NCBI RefSeq assembly: GCF_001194135.2
Contig: NC_068996.1
Location: 38,818,780-38,870,539 of the forward strand
Source: Octopus bimaculoides
Taxonomy: Eukaryota
Direction: 5' to 3'
DNA length: 51,760 bases
Part shown: positions 48,674 to 51,760 of the stretch, in pieces
Position numbering within the stretch: position 1 is the stretch's first letter
Layout of the letters: each line of letters begins with the position of its first letter
Notes under the pieces: generated by a model
The model's input: the letters and a program-made list of their open reading frames with translations, nothing else
Databases searched by the model: none
What the model was told of the DNA's origin: nothing
Made by a program: the position numbers and the translations under genes

Positions 48674-48997
48674 GTGAAGGCACGTGGCTTAGTGGTTAAG
48701 GCATTTGGCTCACAATCGTATGGTCGTGAGTTCGATTCCTGGTGATGCGTTGTGTCCTTGAGCAAGACACTTTATTTCACGTTGCTCCAGTCCATTCAGC
48801 TGGCAAAAATGAGTAGTACCTGTTTTTCAAAGGGCTGGCCTTGTCACACATTATGTCATGCTGAATCTCCCTGAAAACTACGTTAGGGGTACACGTGTCT
48901 ATGGATTGCTCAGTCACTTGTACGTTAATTTCATGAGCAGGCTGTTGTGTTGATCGTATCAGCTGGGACCCTCGTTGTCGTAACCGACGGAGTGCTC
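48674..48997 (+). mobile_element. tRNA-derived SINE family 3 with 11-bp TSD
   Basis: A box TGGCTTAGTGG, B box GAGTTCGATTCC, GTGTCCTTGAGCAAGACACTT; CATACAAGTTT at 48663-48673 and 48998-49008. Confidence 0.85.
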
Positions 48998-50150
48998 CAT
49001 ACAAGTTTACAACTCAAAAACAGTGAGCCATGCAGAAGGATCTACTGCTAAACCTGCCCTCTAAAACAACCTACTTTAAAGTTTGAACTTCAAATTGATC
49101 AAAGCACCATAATTTAACTCTGGCTATAGTACTTTCTTGCACTTGGAAATATATAAATTTCTGATATAAATATGAAGTGGGAAGCTTCATTACATACTTT
49201 CTGACATAAGGTTAATAGATGCAACAGGTGGAAATTGAAACTGTTTGGTAAACAGTGTACATGTAGTTTATCTTCACTCTTTGGACGCATACAAATATAC
49301 TGAGTATTTTAGTTTTCAAAAGCTTAACTGAGAAACATATATCTTTTCCAAAATATTGTCATGTCTCTATCGTTACAACAGAATACATAAACTATAAAAA
49401 GTATTGATCTTTATTTTAACTGCTCTGCTACTTTAAGGGAATGAAGTTAAAAATAGCTATAAAACAAGATTATTTGGTGTAACTATTGTTCCTAGGGAAT
49501 AAAAAAAAAATTAAGAACATTAACGGAGTAGAAATTGGAAATCAGATAAGCATGTTAGCAATCAAAAGGAAAATATTAAAGAAAGTAAAAAGTCTCTTTG
49601 GCAACAGGTGGGATCAATGCAGATCTTTTAGTCTAAAAATTATTCTCCCATTTCACTGGTAATGGAGTTTTTGCAAATAAGAAGGCCTTTCATATGTAAA
49701 ATAGATTGATGTAAATTTGTATTTAAAATGTTTTGACATTCAGATAACACTTATTCTATGAACGCTTATTTGCAAATAATTTTTTTATTATTTTATTTTA
49801 TTTTATTCATGAAGTAATTTTAGATGATACTGACAAAGTAAATTATGAAAGCCATTATGTATAGCAAAAAGTTTAAAAAAAAAAAAAGAAACAAAATGTA
49901 GAATCTAAGAAGGTTTGTCTGAGCAAAAACCAAGTTATTAAATTTTGAACAAATTTAACAAATTTGTGTATCACAACGAAGACAGCAACCTAATGTTCTG
50001 AGTAAAGAAAATTTCATCACAAATGAAATGGGAAGTGTGTTGGAGATCACAGAAAGTAGGGAGGGAAAAGAGAAGTATTGAGTTAAGAGAATTAAAAAGA
50101 ATGTAAGATGCAAAATTATTCATATGTGATTGTGTCTATTTATGTGCACC

Positions 50151-50690
<540 letters not shown>

Positions 50691-50961
50691 ATATATATAT
50701 GTATACATATACATGTGTATTCTCCTCCACCATCCTCATTTGTTTCATATCTTCTTTTCCTTGCTTGCATCAGCCAAACAAAATTTTCTACAGCTTGATA
50801 CTCTCTCTCTATCACCAACCCTCCATGATCCACTGTATCGTGATCTTGAGATGCTCCAGCATTCAATCACCACTCCTGTTTTCTTTCCATTTTTTTCAAC
50901 TCCCCAGCCTTATATCTCTATTACAAGCCATCAGGGTTTGTTCTCCCATAACACCTTAGTC

Positions 50962-51302
50962 CAGTGTTTCTCAACCTTTTTTACCCTTGTGTAACCCTTA
51001 CAAAATAAATTACATGTCTCAAGGATCCCTGTACAAAAAAAAAATTATATGCCATATCTTTCTCATACATTTTTCATTGTAGTTCATGTGGTAAATATCA
51101 TATATATGTATATGGTTGTTATATTTTTTTGATAACATAATAGGTTAGATGTTTATATTACAATATTACAATATGTTGTGCATGTATAGTAATATCACGA
51201 TCATGAAATTAGCATTAGCTTATCTCATTCTTTCTCATGGATGCCCTAAGAAGCTTTTGGGGAATCCTAGGATTCTTGGGAACCCCGGTTGAGAAACGCT
51301 GC
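50962..51302. mobile_element. hAT/Charlie-like MITE
   Basis: TIRs CAGTGTTTCTCAACC / GGTTGAGAAACGCTG; 8-bp flanks CCTTAGTC and CTCTAGCC (5/8). Confidence 0.7.
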
Positions 51303-51479
51303 TCTAGCCTCTCAACATCTGAGATAGAACTTATTGCCCTTCCCATTCTCAAATACTACCTTCTCCAATAAAGGAATGAAAAATGTGGCCCCCGTTTTAA
51401 AAAAGATCCCGTTTTTCTTCTTTTTCTTTCCTCCTGCTTTTTTTTACTGTCTTCTGGTTCTTTTCTTTTCTTGCCTTGC

Positions 51480-51760
51480 AAGTTACTCGGCAACCTCATT
51501 AGTACCAGTGGCATGAAAAAAATCTACCAAGCCATATAAACCATGCCAAGGCAAAAACTGGAGCACAATGTGGCCTTAGAGCTCACCAGATCCTGCCAAG
51601 CTGTTCAGCCCAAACCAGCATGGAAAGGGGATCGTAATTGGAGTAGATGATGATGATGATGATGATGAAGATAATGATGATGATGATGATGATCATCATG
51701 ATGATGATGATGATCATGATGATGGTAGTGGTGGTGCTGGTGGTGGTGGTGGTGGTGGTG
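51480..51760 (+). mobile_element. Degenerate RTE-type tail running into (GAT)n/(GGT)n
   Basis: ccagcatggaaag...gatgatgatg. Confidence 0.55.

Noticed and set aside
48674-48745. tRNA gene
   Set aside because: A and B boxes are present but continue into a SINE body with a TSD; no cloverleaf is supported.

Overview
Repeat-dense, AT-rich animal genomic DNA, most likely an Octopus scaffold (inferred from the repeat families), with three N gaps. Most of it is decayed mobile DNA: RTE-clade LINEs and their (GAT)n-tailed 3' ends, three tRNA-derived SINE families, maT (DD37D) and mariner (DD34D) transposons, hAT-like and piggyBac-like MITEs, a Helitron helicase fragment, R4/Dong-like and CR1-like LINE remnants, a probable solo LTR and two Penelope-like GIY-YIG remnants. 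The main non-repeat signal is a spliced minus-strand gene that the ORF track splits. A signal-peptide exon (18189-18144) joins in phase to 12037-11538, giving a 181-aa Cys-poor secreted precursor: signal, acidic pro-region, KR site, 95-aa highly cationic region, terminal Gly. A 3'-UTR intron and a candidate polyadenylated terminal exon (7160 to about 7030) follow. Seven hammerhead-ribozyme-like motifs of three variants were read by eye, including a divergent pair in a 257-bp palindrome. There is also a 105-bp-arm perfect fold-back and an isolated CpG-rich island. No database searches were run; family names rest on recalled motifs.
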